From NCBI GenBank assembly GCA_032128115.1, contig JAQBHB010000078.1, forward strand, positions 32,001 to 96,000: 64,000 nt of DNA, given 5' to 3'. How positions within the stretch are numbered: position 1 is the first letter of the stretch; each line of letters begins with the position of its first letter. Below the pieces are notes generated by a model. That model worked only from the letters and a program-made list of their open reading frames with translations. It had not been told where the DNA came from and ran no database searches. This DNA is from Deltaproteobacteria bacterium (GTDB lineage: Bacteria; Myxococcota_A; UBA9160; SMWR01). This document shows positions 63,316 to 64,000 of the stretch, in pieces. A program made the position numbers and the translations under genes.

Positions 63316-63362
63316 GCCGAGGTCTGGCAGGGGCATGAGCCGAGATCTGGCAGGGGCATGAG
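63294..63362 (+). repeat. 3 x 23-bp tandem repeat CCGAG(A/G)TCTGGCAGGGGCATGAG spanning a stop/start junction
   Basis: Copies at 63294, 63317 and 63340 with one mismatch. Confidence 0.92.
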
Positions 63363-63942
63363 CGAGACCGTGACTCCCGAGGAGCGCGAGGCCCTCGAGA
63401 CCCTGGAGTACGGCGAGGCGTGGCTGACGACCGGAATCCTCGACCGGAAACTCTTGGCCGAGCAGTACCAGCGCCTACAGGCCGGCGGCACTCGCAAGCT
63501 CGCGAAGTATCGCGCCCAGGCCCTGGCGGCCTGGTGCGCCCGGGAAGGGGCCATCGACGAAGCCCAGATCGAGGCCTACCTGGCCCTGGCGGCCACGCAA
63601 GGCGACGCGAAGCTCACCCAGTCCGCCATCGCGGAGCTGATCCAGTCGCCGCGCCTCGCGCTCGCACAGCTTTCGGCCCTCGCCGGCTCGGATCCGAAGC
63701 TCCTGCGCCGCCACGAGCCGCTGATCCGCCGCGTCTACCTGACCCGGCGCCTGGAACAAGGCGTGACCGATGAGCTCGTGCAGCAGGTGATCGAGCACAA
63801 GGACGCCTCTGTGCAAACGGGCCTGATTCGCGATGCCCGTCTCGCCCGCAAGCACGCCGAGCTCCTGGCCAAGCAGGGCGCCAACCTCACCATCCGCGAA
63901 ATGGCCCAGGCCTGGTTCCAGGACAAGAAGGCCTGGAAGTAG
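63358..63942 (+). CDS. Hypothetical alpha-helical protein
   Basis: 194-aa ORF with codon usage typical of the window; no motif recognised. Confidence 0.7.
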   Translation: MSETVTPEEREALETLEYGEAWLTTGILDRKLLAEQYQRLQAGGTRKLAKYRAQALAAWCAREGAIDEAQIEAYLALAATQGDAKLTQSAIAELIQSPRLALAQLSALAGSDPKLLRRHEPLIRRVYLTRRLEQGVTDELVQQVIEHKDASVQTGLIRDARLARKHAELLAKQGANLTIREMAQAWFQDKKAWK

Positions 63943-64000
63943 GCTCGGAAAAGGCCTTCCCAAGCAGCCTCTTGGAAATCGCCGTTGCGTGCCCACGCAC

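Noticed and set aside
63294..63362. CRISPR array
   Set aside because: The repeats are contiguous with no spacers, and no cas genes are present.

Overview
A very GC-rich, gene-dense bacterial chromosome segment with about 50 genes. I found no rRNA, tRNA, CRISPR array, IS element or prophage. PEP-CTERM/IPTL-CTERM-like tails, a myxobacterial-type Cys-rich repeat and F420-type enzymes suggest a Myxococcota-like lineage (inference only). Contents from start to end: a CHAT/TPR gene and a ShlB/FhaC (TpsB) gene; a Crp regulator, esterase, ABC exporter and peptidase run; two GT87-like genes; an F420-type LLM oxidoreductase and an acyl-CoA ligase; an RnfD-like::DUF2330 fusion; an SbcD-like nuclease with a YhaN/SMC-like ATPase; envelope-modification genes; a 2952-aa cadherin/beta-propeller adhesin followed by a hybrid histidine kinase and a REC-GGDEF-EAL protein; an aminotransferase with mmsA; an M36 peptidase; and an MBOAT/SGNH pair. 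The main signal missed by the ORF track is two probable selenoproteins, each split by an in-frame UGA at the catalytic Cys position and followed by a similar bSECIS-like hairpin. One is an AhpD-like protein (CFYU motif, 18413-19606). The other is a signal-peptide-bearing, Cys-free PrxQ/BCP peroxiredoxin (PKAFTPGU, 32919-33476). Other signals: probable CTG starts, leaderless promoters, sigma28-like promoters, many short tandem duplications, and a 3x23-bp repeat that forms a chain of coupled mini-ORFs. All family calls come from motif recognition by eye; no database search was run.
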